DNA of 64,000 nucleotides from Thalia democratica. Lineage: Eukaryota. Where the stretch lies: NCBI GenBank assembly GCA_965202585.1, contig OZ241832.1:38316001-38380000 (forward strand). The letters are read 5' to 3'. The notes under the pieces are model-generated. The model ran no database searches and was not told the origin of the DNA. It saw only the letters and a list, made by a program, of their open reading frames with translations. Below, in pieces: positions 51,370 to 63,729 of the stretch (the stretch's first letter is position 1; each line of letters opens with the position of its first letter). Made by a program: the position numbers and the translations under genes.

Positions 51370-51903
51370 ATGGTTAGATTTATCAGTTCTCTGCTATTCG
51401 GCTGCTTCAAAAAGCAAAAATCTTCTATTAAACAGCCAGAATATATTACTAAATTGAAGATAAAAGTTGTGCCACTGACATTAACACCAACTAGTACATG
51501 GAAAGATGAAAATCTCAGTGAATTCTTATTGCTTTTGGCTGTCACTGATCAAACCTCAAATCACGAATTGAACGAGGCTTTTTTAGAATCTCTTGAATAT
51601 ACGGAATAAAACTTGGACAAAAGACTTTCAAAAACAATCTATGAAGCTCCAGCGAAGAAAAATGTTTCATTTAATTTAAATGAAAATATAGAGTATGAAG
51701 AAGATACTGAATTGAAGAAGGAGCTAGTAGATTACAGAAAAAGTGTTGGGATGAATTTATATTATTATTTCACAAGAATGGAGAGAGACGAAAGACGTGA
51801 GAGGATAAGAAGACTGAAGAGAGTTCTAACTTATCCATGGATAGCTATGGCGAACGTTTTTAGAGCAAGGAGGCGTAGAACTGTGTTGGAGGATAACATC
51901 TGA
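51370..51903 (+). pseudogene. Intronless 177-codon frame with one in-frame TAA (51607-51609); C-terminal half resembles the PP1c-binding module of PPP1R15/GADD34-like proteins
   Basis: ORFs 51370-51609 and 51613-51903 are in the same frame (GAA TAA AAC TTG). RVxF-type motif KKNVSF is followed by YRKS..MERDERRERIRRLKRVLTYP. The conserved Trp and RF of PPP1R15 are not evident, so the family call is tentative. Confidence 0.5.
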
Positions 51904-53676
51904 AAAGTGATACTTATGTTCAACTTAAAGTTTGTTTGTTTTTATTAAAAATAGTTTTACTTTTCAGTTTTATATCGAAGTAATACTTATTAATTTTTAG
52001 CATACACATATTGAAAACTAAGAACTTTTTTATTCATTTATATTTCTAATAATAAAAGATATAAGTGAATAATTTTAATGCTTCACTTGAAAGTTTTTTA
52101 CGCTTTTTTAGAATATAACTTTAAACAGAAACCTGAAGCTTTTCTTCTATGGTCATTTTTAACAGTGCAGAAGGATATGCCTACGCGGGAAGCGACTGCA
52201 CTTTAAAATTAAATGCTAATGCGCCTTTTTAAGTACCTCTTGGGTGGTGTGGAAAACTTAAAACCTTTCGTATGTTGAAGAACAATTAACAGACTGATTA
52301 GCTTAAATTGATACCTAAATTTTTTTCTTATATTTCAATAAGTATTAATGGATATCTCTCAAACAGCATTAGTATTCCATTTATTAGCTATAAAAACGTT
52401 AAACTTTTTGAACCGTTTTAATAACTTTTTGTAAAGAAATAAAAAGGGGATAAATATTTAATATAAAACGCAAACTCATTATCAACTAGAAATACATAAT
52501 GTTAATTAGTTCTAACTTTGTTAACCAAAGTTTTTGTATACAAAATTATGCATATATTTTCTAAGGTCAATTATCTGTAATTTATAAATATGTATAAAAC
52601 TTTTTTAAATAACATAAACTGTTACGCTACTAAGTTCATCCAAATTTATTCAACCTTAACTAGTTTATAGCAATATGTACTATTTCACAAACAATACTAA
52701 ATATACAGTTTTCGAATAGTAATTAGTATACAAAAGAGGATAGGTAAGTATATTTGGTGACAAATCTTCTTTTCATCAGCTATTTTAAAACATTCATGAA
52801 AATAAGCTCACGGCAAATTTTGTTAATTATGAATTTTATCTTTTTATAAGGCTATTTTTCAAATATTTCAAACAAACATTAAAAATTAGAACAGAATTAC
52901 TTATATATTTTTCAAACTTTATTTAGTTTTTGAGATTTAGCCCTTTTAATTTTTTATAAAAACTTAAATTGTCATGTAACCGAATTTATTAGATGAATAC
53001 GTTTCGGCTTTACATCCGTATTGTCACTTATTCATTTTAAAAAGTTCATAAAAAACTTAATAAGATTTATAACTTTATTTATATCATGAAGTTGATGGAA
53101 AATATATATTATTTTTTTACAAAAATTAAATTGAGAAACCAAATAATTTTTAAGGTTAAGTTAAAAAAAATTAAACTTGAGTAATTTAAAATTTTGGATC
53201 ATTAGCTAAACAAAAAAAGTACTATTGTTTGGGTAATAAAATAGATCAAATATAGTCTCGCCAATTAACATTATTTGTGGACAAAAAACATTAAAAAGAA
53301 ATAGTTACCCATATAAAATCATTGTGATGCGATAAATAGTTTCGCAGAAAAATTTAATTTAAAAAGTGCTAAAAATACCTTATGTTGGAATAGCAAGTAT
53401 AGTTTAAAAATGAAGAAAAAAAAAATCAGAATATGTTGAAGACGTTAAAATTTTGTATATAGCAAAAAAATTAGGTGAAAATATCATCAAAATAGATGTA
53501 AGATCACACGATTTTTAGAAAAAGAAAGATGTTTAGTTTATGCAGTTTATATATTTTGTTGTTTCATAGCCAATTTTCCTTTTTTTTTTTACAAAATTCG
53601 ATTAAAATTATTTAGCCTAGCAGCTAGCTCTTCATTACTTTATTTATTTTTTCAATCTTGAAAAATGATTTATCAT

Positions 53677-53891
53677 CAGCGACGCGCGGTATTTTTATTA
53701 GGGGGTGCAAAAAATTACAAATCTTTAAAAAACCGTATTATTTGATATTTTAAATGTAATTTAGTAAAAAAAAAAAACTACAACTAATCTTTTACATACA
53801 AAAACTTATTAAAAATTTTAAATTTTAACAGTCATATAATAATATAACTTTTTTTTAGGTGGAGCATCTGTACCGATACGCGACGCCTCTG
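53677..53891. mobile_element. 215-bp hAT-type MITE
   Basis: Termini CAGCGACGCGCG / CGCGACGCCTCTG; perfect 8-bp TSD TTTATCAT (53669-53676, 53892-53899). Confidence 0.8.
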
Positions 53892-54292
53892 TTTATCATG
53901 ATTTGAATTTACGTTAAATAAAACAGAGATTTAAACGTTTTATTACATGATTACGTTAATTTATCTTTTTTTAAAAGTCTTTTTGATTTAAACTTTAAAT
54001 GTTAAATTTTTGAAAACAGTATAGTTCATAACTTTATTAGACATTAATTGTAAAAACCATACAAATACAGCTTTCTTTTTATCTAAATAAAAGTTTTATT
54101 TTGTATAATTAGTTAACGCTATAGGCTTACAAACTTTTTTAAAGGTTTTAAAAACTATAGAATGTCTCAGGTTAGTTTAAAGTCACTCAGGATAGTATTT
54201 AGTCATTCAAGATAATTTTTTGACTATGTTTGTTTGTTTGACTTATTAAAAGCTTTATTAAAATAAATGTTATTTTCAAGCATATATATATT

Positions 54293-54388
54293 GTTTATCC
54301 AACGATAAAAAAAGCACTCAAAAAATTTGGTCTAAGGACCTGGTGTACGAAAAAAACCTTTCAGCTATCGAGTCATACACCACGCATA
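54293..54388 (+). repeat. R95 copy 5
   Basis: AACGATAAAAAAAGCACTCAAAAAATTTGGTCTAAGGACCTGGTGTACGAAAAAAACCTTTCAGCTATCGAGTCATACACC. Confidence 0.85.
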
Positions 54389-56111
54389 GTCAAAATAAAT
54401 AAATACACTTTATTATTATTATTTTTATCTACAATGTTATAACTGTAGTGTTTTTAATTTATTTCATGATTAAAGTTGTTCAAATATATTAAAGCTTTAA
54501 ACAAGAGTTTTTCCAACTAAATTTTCATAGTTGCCCCTTTTTTAATGTATAAGAATTTACTTTTTTGCCTCCTTACTAGTTATTTCCTCTTGATAGCCAA
54601 AATTACCCTAAGAGGCAATATAGCATTTCGGGAGGCATTTTGGGAGCCTTTGTTTTAAGTTTTACTTTTTTAATCAAACATAAATCAATTGTTATACTCT
54701 GAATTTTACTCGTGTTAAGAATTGCCCAGTTTGTTTTAGGCAAACAAAAAAAAGATAAAACAAAGAAGTGTAGAAAAGTTAATCATTTACTGTACTAGCT
54801 TGTTTTTAAAGCCATTTTTGTTTAGTTTGCTATCGAATATAGATCAATTTTGAATTTTTTTTAATTAACATTATTTGCATTGATAAAGTTCACAGTTTTA
54901 GAAACAAACTTAGTATAAAATATTTTTGAATTTTAGATTATTGAAATTCATTTTTAATATATTTTATCTTTAAGAATATGACAGCTTCAAATTGTACTGT
55001 AAATATGACGTTTTTATTAAAACATTTATAGTTTAAGTAGTAGAAAACGGTTTATTGCTCTTTGTCCTAATAAAAAAACTAAACAAAAACTTTTTGATAA
55101 GTAAAAAATTAACATTTATCCTTCAGAGAGACTTTGTAGATTTTTTAGATTGTCCGTAAACTTTGATAAAAAAAATATCTTATATGAAAAATAAAGAACT
55201 TGCAAGATAAACTAAAGTTATGAAATAAACTAATAGTAGAAAAAAATAATGTTTGACCTTTATTAATTGTATTTGACCTTGAACTTAAACATAAAAGTTT
55301 TAAGTAAATATTTTTCCTTAAACTGATTTTCTTTATTTAGTTGTACAAACATTGGATAATTGTTTTTTAGTAAAAACTTTGTAAGGACAGTGTAAGAAAA
55401 AGTATAAATGTAAAAACTAATACTTTTGAATAGCTCCTTTTTTTATTTCGTTTCATAAGTTTTCTAATTTATAAAAATTTTTCCACAAAAGGTTAAATTC
55501 GTTTTTAAAGTAGTACCTTAACTTGTCAAATCAACTGATTTATTTATTTTAAAGGTTGTTATAAAAATATTTATTTATTCGTTTTAGAATTATACAAAAT
55601 TTAGCTGTCGTAGTTTATAACTTTACTTACAAAGTAGTCAAATTAAAAAAAAAACTTATTACAAAATTTTAAAGCAAACTGTAAAAACTTTTAACGAACT
55701 TTTAAATTTAGTTAAACACGCAATTAAACACTTTCATTCAAGATTACACATTTAATGATTGTCCTTTGAGAATGATAAGTTGTTATTATTCGATTTATTC
55801 TTTTGATGTTTAAAAACAAGATATCATTTAAGTAACTTATTGGTAAATTTTAGACTCTTGATTTAACCAATATTTGTATAAATCTCCTTAAAGACATTTA
55901 AGTCGAGAACTTTAAATTGTTTGATTTAAAACAAGTTACATTATTATTACTCTTGATTTAAGGTAAGTTTGTTCTAAACTTGAGTACTTTAACTAAATGA
56001 TTCTGAAATTAGTTTAGTTATTACGTTTTAAGCCTATAAAAACATATAATTATATCAAACAAATTTTAAAATATAAAATTTGAAGTTTTAAAACAGATTT
56101 GTTAATCAAAT

Positions 56112-58879
56112 ATGAAAGTACTATATTGGTGTTTTCTTGCAATTATTCTTCTTTTCGGAGAAGGCGTAAAAGGTATGTAACTCTTGCTAAAAATAAAAAC
56201 ACATCTCATTTTTTAGGAAAGTATAAAAGGCGAGCTATGACTTTAAGCAAACAAAATAACTTAACATATATTTACTTTCACTTTTTTAAATTAAAACTAA
56301 TACTTTATAAAGGTCTCGAATGTGGTGATAGAATTAAAGTTTTTGTGAAACTGAGTGACCCTAGTAGAGTAAGTGTGCATTTTAATTATATTTAAACTTT
56401 TATAAAACTCGTTTGTAAAATATGCCAGTTTCTTTTAACAACAAACAATATTCATTATATAAAAATTTAAAACATGTTTTTGTTATATAGAGCATTTTCT
56501 AAATTAATATACAATAATAAACTATTTTCCAAAGTTTAAATATCTTCGGAAAAATAAAAAAGGTTTTGAAAATTTTTTAAATAGTACTAAAATCAAAAGT
56601 TATGTAATCCCAACAACCAATCTTTTTGGAACTAATGAAAAACATAATTTTTTAGTAAAATACAGTTTGAAGTCCTAAATAATTTACATATTATACTAAA
56701 AACTCATTCTAAATAAAAATTGTTATACAAAAGCTTGGTTTGATAATAGCTATAGGATCTAATATACTAAAATAGATTAGGAAAAACGTGATCATAACAC
56801 TTATTCATAAACTTCTCTAAAAGTATTTAAAAATAATATAAAAACTTTACTTATCAATATTTTAAAACAACAATATCAATATTTTAACTTGTTTAAGTTT
56901 ATTTTTATCACCGCTAAAATTAATTTAAACTAGGGGTAATTACGAGCACATTAAAATAAGTATTCATTTTTAAAGTAACTTTTAATTTAAGGTTTTCTAA
57001 AATTGTGAATATCTTGTATGTGATGTCACTTATTCGAAGTTTAAAGTTTTGTATTGATTTATTAGTTTTTTAAAGCATTCTTTCTCAAAGTGTGCACTTA
57101 TGATTCTACATAGTGTACATAGTTTATATTTCACTGTTGAGAAAATTTAAAAGAGTACTAAATATAATATTAAAACAAAATAGTTATATACCATATTTTG
57201 TTTTCGAAAACTGTTAATTAACTTTTATATATATATTGTTTACAATAAAATCAGTTTAAGTAGTAACAAATTAGACAGTAAGTTTTCTTGTCTGTACATA
57301 TACCTTTTTCAAGTAAACCTACTGTGCACAAATTTATAAAAAGCTTCCAGAAGTACTGCTTTATAGTACATGAATTTTTACTTTGTATATTTTGACATCT
57401 TACTTAAATTAAGATAAAAACTTATAAACTTTGTTAACTTTTTTTAAGTTTGATGATAACGAATATTACTTGTTCCAATGTCTGACTTCTTATGCAGTTA
57501 GGGATTACTGTGAATCGATCGGCTGTATATCTTCGTGAGTTTTTTACCTGAATTTTTAAAAGCGTCAAAGCTTATTAAAAGGTTTCTTAAAATAAAAGTA
57601 ACTTTAAGTTTTATTTTACCTATTTAGGTGCTTAAAGTTTTTGGAAAGATTATCTGTATTTAGGTATTTTAACGTATACTATCAACTAAAATATTTAACA
57701 TTAAGAGATGTGACGGCTGATGATGTTGAAATAACTAACAAAACAGAGAGAGTTTCATTCTGCATGAAAGTAGACGGATTTCCTAACGACATTGTTCTCA
57801 CTTCAATCAAGTAAGTTAAACATTTATAAGTTATACATTATTTGGATAAAAACTTATTTTTAGCTTTAAAGTGCATTGTATCATTACAAAACAAAAAATA
57901 TTATTAAGTAAATTTACTTTGTATAACAGTTTTATCTGAAATTTGAAAGTAGCTTAAACTTTTTTTGAATTTAAGAAAATTTAATTTTTACTTTACATTA
58001 AGAGTTTTTACAATCAATAAGTTGATAACAGCATGAAGTTTATTTCTTATTAACTAATCAAAGAATCCAAAGAAAAAACTATCATTACTGTTTTAATATC
58101 TAATCTCTGTTTTTGTTAGCAATACTTTTTAAATATTAAACTAAATGAGTTTAAGAAGTGAATGATGAGAGGCCAATCTTATGATAGTTTTTTGCATACT
58201 TAATCCTCTTGTTTATAACAATAAGTAAGTTTTACTACCAAACAAACCTAAATTTCCTGACCTTTAAGCAGGTAGTTTTACAAATTAAAAACCATTTAGC
58301 TTAGAACTAATCAAACTTTTTGTTAAAAGTGGCTCTTTGGATCGATTTTATGGCGGTTTGAAGCTTGGAATGGATGTTTTTCAAGTTGAAGGAGTTGACC
58401 CGATTTTAGAAGAAGACCCTGAACCTAACTTTCCAACCTGGTTGATACCGTTTATAGTAATTGCGGGTCTTGTAATAATTGCAGCACTGGTCATGGTATA
58501 CTTCAGCGTGAGAAATAAGTTAGTTTTTACGTAGGTAAATATTCTATTTCGAATATTTAATTTATGTTACCATTTCAATTTAAAATATTCAGATTTTAGT
58601 GTCAAGGTAAGTTAAAGATTACTTCTAAGTGAAAATTTTTACTAGCTTTACAGATTTTTTTTAGCTATTATTAATAGTTTTACTTACAAAACAAAAACAA
58701 CGCTGTTATTATTTAGTCAACTATCATATACAATAAGTATAGTTAACAAAAAAAAATACAGTGACAAATCATTAGAAGATGAAAAAGAATCTTTAACAGC
58801 GTCAGATGAAGAGACTGGAATAGGGTATGAGGGACCACAACAAGACATCAAAGACGAAGAACAAAGAACTGTTTTGTAA
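56112..58879 (+). CDS. CLTRN: Stand-alone collectrin (TMEM27)-like type I membrane protein; 6 exons, 204 aa
   Basis: Exons 56112-56172, 56313-56368, 57449-57534, 57706-57810, 58330-58518, 58762-58879 (phases 1,0,2,2,2). Signal peptide MKVLYWCFLAIILLFGEGVKG; RIKVFVKLSD; FDDNEYYLFQCLTSYAVRDY; DVEITNKTERVSFCMKV; GVDPILEEDPEPNFPTWLIPF followed by a TM helix; acidic tail ending EEQRTVL. These blocks match the collectrin domain of CLTRN and ACE2 (IKVRISL, WNDNEMYLF..AYAMR, RISF/RVSF, PT-L..P..P..WLI). Confidence 0.85.
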
Positions 58880-60146
58880 TTAAATACCGTTTTTTTTTTC
58901 TAGTTTTTCTGTACGTAGTTTTTTGAATGATTTTTATTTAGCGCTTTATAATTATTAGATATTTTTCTGCAAACATTAGGAGAAACCGAGTAAAAATCAA
59001 AAAAAACTTGTTAAAAACATCTAAACACCTTTTATATTTTGTTTTCTTATGATTTAAAGTAGTAGATAAGTTAAATGAAAAAAAACTTTTAAATTTTATA
59101 TTTAAATCTAGAGTGTTATAAACATTTTAACTTTAATAAAAATAATTAGAAATATGTAATTTACCTCCTTATAAACTAACAACTGTCTAAATATCCATTC
59201 AATTTTGTTAACAAAATAAAACTAACTTTAGTAAGCTTAAAGCTAAAAAATGTAAACTAAAGTCATCTTGTTTATCTAGTAATATAGTTATAAAAATTCT
59301 TGATTTGTACTCTGAAGCACAGATGTCACTTTAGTATCAACTTTAGGGCCAACATAAGTTTGTTTTTAAAGCAGAGCTATTATAAATAAATCTTTCTTAA
59401 GTCTAGCACTGCTAAATTTTATACAATTTCCACCTAATGTATCAATACTAGAAGCATTATGATTTAAGAATAGGAGAACATGTATACTATAAATTATTTT
59501 TCAAAATGTATATTTACGCGTACTTGATCAAGCAAAAAGTATATAGATAAAAAATGTTAAGATAATAAAACAGAGGACTTAAATTTGACTTGCTAAAAAA
59601 AAACTAGAATATTTTTTTAGTATGACATAGTGTTGTTTTTTGGTTTTTACATTTGTTTTAAATAACAGTGACCCGCAAAGGTTTTTTTTTATACAGTGCG
59701 GCACAATAGCAACTTTTTTAGGTAAACTGCGTAAGTATAATTTGTTATTTTATTAAATAAATTATCATGATTTAAGGTACACCTTTTAAATAGTTTAAAT
59801 TAATGTTTCGGCCTTTTTTTTAATTGCAACACTTAAAGTATCAAAATTTAGTTTTCTAAGTACTCAAAGTAATTTATCAAACAGTTTTTGTTAAGGTTAA
59901 AAACACAATTTTTAAAATTTAAGTATGCAGTTTTTTAAACAGCTAAAAAGTATAACTTATATTTGAAAAAATTGAAATGACGTTATTTTAAATACCTGCG
60001 ATTTCTTACGGTCGTTAAGTATTTATACTTAGTTTTCATACTAAATTAACATCATTGCTGTTTTAACATGGAATTTTGATAACATTTGTTCAATTTTATG
60101 GTTCTTTAAAAATGTTTGAGTGATTTATAAGTAATTATAACTAATA

Positions 60147-61676
60147 CAGTGCTTCCTCAATTATCCGGTCTTCATTTATCAGGCTTCTCGCTTATTCTGC
60201 CGGTTTTGGTCGAGAAGTAGATTAATTTGATTGAGCTGAAATCAATTTTTTTGTGTACTTTTAAGTTTTAAGATTACAATAAAAGTTCGCAACTTATAAG
60301 TAAGAGAATTATATCTCTAACATTATATTCAATAGTTTCTATTTGATAAGACACTATTAACAACTGAATATCTTTCTTAAATTGTTTAAACGAGTGAAAC
60401 ATTGTTTTGATAGTAGAATTATAAAGTTTTAAGTTAAAAACAATGTTTTACTATAAATACGCCATTAATTCAATTTTTATAATTAAGCAAGCACTTTATA
60501 GTTCTGTGTTAGTTCAAAAACAATATCAAACTTAATGTTACAGTTCATATTTTTCGCCCTCAGAAAGTAAAAAAAAACTAAAAAGTTTTTTATTGTTCTT
60601 TTACATGTTTTTCTGACTTTTAAAAATGTGTTACATACTTTTTATTCAGTCAGTATACCTGGTTTTAAAATAGGATAGGACAGCAAAAAAACGAGTTGAA
60701 CTAACAATTGAAAATAAGCTAAAAGCTAGTAAAATTGCTTAAAATATATGGCTAAATCTATTTAAATAAGCCAGTTTAGCTTATGCAAATCGACTATAAA
60801 CGATGTTTGAGAAGCTATGGATAGTTTAAAAAAATTAAGGCCGAAAAAATAGGAGCTGGGACTAGCTGGAGCCGCTAAAACGTCAAAAAAAGTAGTGAGA
60901 GGCTACTTTGACAAGCTAGATAGCGCCCTTTATATTTTGTTTCGTTAGAAACATGAGAAGGGCTGTCCAGTAACTGGTCCAATGCTGTTTGAAAAGGCTT
61001 CTGAGTTCCACCGTCTAATTTACAGTGAAGACTCTAGACCCTTTTCAACAAGTAAGGGGATTCAATGGAGATTTTGTAAAAGGTTTGGCTTGCGGAATCT
61101 CAAAATATGCGATGAGAAAATAAGTTCAGATAGTTCATCTGCTGATCTATTTTTTAATGAATTTTCATAAAACCGAAGTTTGTTCTGAACATTAAACTTT
61201 TTTTTAATTGTGATGAAACCGGATTGTACTTTAGAATGCAGCCTGAATATACTTTAGCATCAGTACACAACTTACTACCGTAGTCAACCAGAAAGTGTGT
61301 CACAACTCATCCGATTTCGTGAATCCTACTACGAAACGAGAAAGCTTTGTCAAACAAACCTCCATTTTTTCTTTTTTAGAAAGAGTTCTTATATTAGTTA
61401 AACTGCTTACAGCGTAATTTTTTTTTATTAAATTAATTTAAGTTTTTTATTAGTATTTTTTCTTTTATTCTTTGTTAGTTTAAATATGTAGTTTTTTTTA
61501 ATAATAATAAAAATAAAGTAAGCTAACTAACAAATTAATGTATGTTTTATTGTATGAGTTGCATAATATAAAAGAGGTAATACATAAAATTTATAAGAAA
61601 AAAAATGTTTGTGGCTACCCGGCAAAAATGACAAAAAAAGCTTGCCCAACATGGTCGGATAAGTGAGGAAGCATTG
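60147..61676 (+). mobile_element. Decayed, internally deleted pogo/Tigger (CENP-B-like) DNA transposon
   Basis: TA|CAGTGCTTCCTCAATTATCCG ... CGGATAAGTGAGGAAGCATTG|TA. Broken transposase 60670-61260: KKRVELTIENKLK (HTH), LDSALY..GCPVTGPMLFEKA..FSTSKG..WRFCKRFGL (CENP-B HTH), FNCDETGLYFR (DDE_1), with stops and frameshifts. Confidence 0.88.
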
Positions 61677-62004
61677 TATCTAGTAAAACTATACATTTTA
61701 GGAAGTTTTCTAAACTTAGATAAAGTATAAACATTAACTTTAAATTATCAAAATTAAAATATTATCATCTAATCTGTTTTTACTTTTTTAACTTTTTTTA
61801 ACTTACACTTATGGAAACATTAAAGAAGTTAATACTCCAATGGTAGCCTTCAAAGTGTAAAACATTCTAAGCTACTATTTGTAAAAACTAGTTGTAGTAA
61901 TTAGCAGCCAACTTTTGTTGATTCACTCTATCTTACTTAAAATAATTTATTTACAAACTGTAATGATAAAAAAAATTACTGTTAAGTGGTACTGGCCTAC
62001 AGAC

Positions 62005-62160
62005 CAGGTGTTGACAAACTGCGGCTTGCAGGCAGCATGCGACCAATTAAGGGTAAAAAAGCGGCCCACTAGCATGTTTTTAAATTAGATGGATTTCAGC
62101 CCATAAAATGTACTACCTGCGGCCAGCCAGCATGTAAATGTGGCCCTGAGTTAAAATTAT
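62005..62160 (+). mobile_element. hAT (Charlie-like) terminal fragment
   Basis: CAGGTGTTGACAAACTGCGGCTTGCAGGC..GCGGCCC repeats resemble CAGGGGTGTCCAAACTGCGGCCCGCGGGCC-type ends. Confidence 0.5.
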
Positions 62161-62419
62161 TAGATATTGTAGTTGGAAGTGACGAGTAAAACAGATATTT
62201 GGTATTATTTACGGGAGATTTGAAACTTACTTTAAACCCGGGTTTCCTAAACATTTTTGCAAATGGCCCCCTATAAATAAATTAAAAAAGCAATGGCCCC
62301 CTTCAACAAGACTACTCAAAAACTACCATAAAAAGCACCTAAAATATTTTTTTTTTGCTCGTCATCTGAAACTCGAAAATATCTAGTGTAAATTCCTAAA
62401 CTACCATTAATAACGGGAA

Positions 62420-62612
62420 CGGGTCTAAATTACACGAAGACAAAAGTGCACGAGGTTACTAAACTGCACGAGGGGACAAAATTGCACGAGAACAAAATTG
62501 CACGAGTGCTCAAAATTGCACGAAGTAAAATTTGCACGAGGGCACAAAATTGCACGAAGGAACAAAATTGCACGAAGACGATCTTGCACCAAGGGTCAAT
62601 TTTGCACGAGAG
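62420..62612. repeat. Minisatellite with ~17-bp unit (AAAATTGCACGAG/A core, about 11 copies), probably a transposon subterminal array
   Basis: Directly visible tandem TTGCACGA units preceded by AACGGGTCT. It accounts for the repetitive ORFs 62446-62655 and 62430-62723. Confidence 0.85.
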
Positions 62613-63168
62613 TAAAAAAATACAGAAACAAAAAAAAATATATATATATATATAAGATGTAACGTTATAAAGCGTTAAATCCTGGAGATCCTGATAAGCT
62701 AAGCTTATCGGAATGTATATCACAGATGTTCTTGTGCTAAAACTTTATTTCAACTAACGGCGTTTCACTGCTCTCAAATAAATTTAAGAACAGATCTACG
62801 GAGTCTATAAAATGTTAACACACATTAGAAAAAAAGCAGAAAAAAGCATGTATAATTATGTATAATATTTATCTAGGTAGTAACTATAAATGGACTTTAT
62901 GGTTTAAAAACAAAGTTTGGGATAAAAGCATAAAATTATAAAATTGTCTACAAAAAAAACAAATTTAATAAAAGTAGGCACTAACCTCGAAAAGCTCTAA
63001 GAATAGGCAAATTTTAAAAATGAAAATTAAATTGAGTTGTGCAGAAATGTTACGTCATAATAATTTTAACAAATTGTTCAATAATTTATACAGCTTAAAA
63101 ACATGAAGTATTAAACTTGCAAGTATATGTGAGTTTTGTGAAATAAATTAGTACATAAATAGACAGAG

Positions 63169-63729
63169 TTATTTAAAGTAGAATCGTCGGTTATGGGGAC
63201 AGATATTCGATAAATCTTGCCGCTTATTCAGAAGTAGGTCTTTATCTTCTGCTGCAATTACTGCTCTTTCTGTATTGCAAGTTGGGCAAATTCTACTTAC
63301 TCCGTTGGATGCATGTTTGATCTTTGAAACGATACTCCACTCCATGTTTGGCCTTTTACCGTACCTGTGAAAAAAGCTCCAGACATAATCCGATAAACGC
63401 GTGCTTTGTTTTTTATTTATATTTTTAAAAGTATGTTTATGATTAGCATATCTATCCTTGAAACTACCTGCTGTACTTCCGATATAAATTTTATCTGGGC
63501 CCTTACTTTCAACTTTAACTTTATAAATTACATTTTTAATTAAACAATTACCTTTTAATGGGCAGTTATCTTTGTTTAGTTTACGGCAATTACATGTTTT
63601 AGGCATACTTAACTTATTACTAATAGGGTTAGTTGGTTTTGAATATTTATTTATAGTTTTATTGTTATGCATTTCACTTATACTTTTAGCGCTATTATCA
63701 CTTACTTGTTCTAAGTTTTCTTTTATCAT
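63169..63729 (-). mobile_element. Intact GIY-YIG endonuclease domain ORF of a Penelope-like retroelement; no RT within the window
   Basis: CNCR..CPLKGNCL..NVIYKVKV..IYIGST..FKDRYANH..STRLSDYVW..EWSI..ICPTC.TE..LLNKRQDL..CPH: the Cys-rich GIY-YIG pattern of PLE C-termini. Confidence 0.85.

Noticed and set aside
62420-62612. Possible CRISPR-like array
   Set aside because: Short tandem units with no unique 25-45-nt spacers, no cas genes and a eukaryotic context.
62430-62723. Repetitive ORFs 62446-62655 (+) and 62430-62723 (-)
   Set aside because: They are translations of the TTGCACGA minisatellite; nothing supports a gene.
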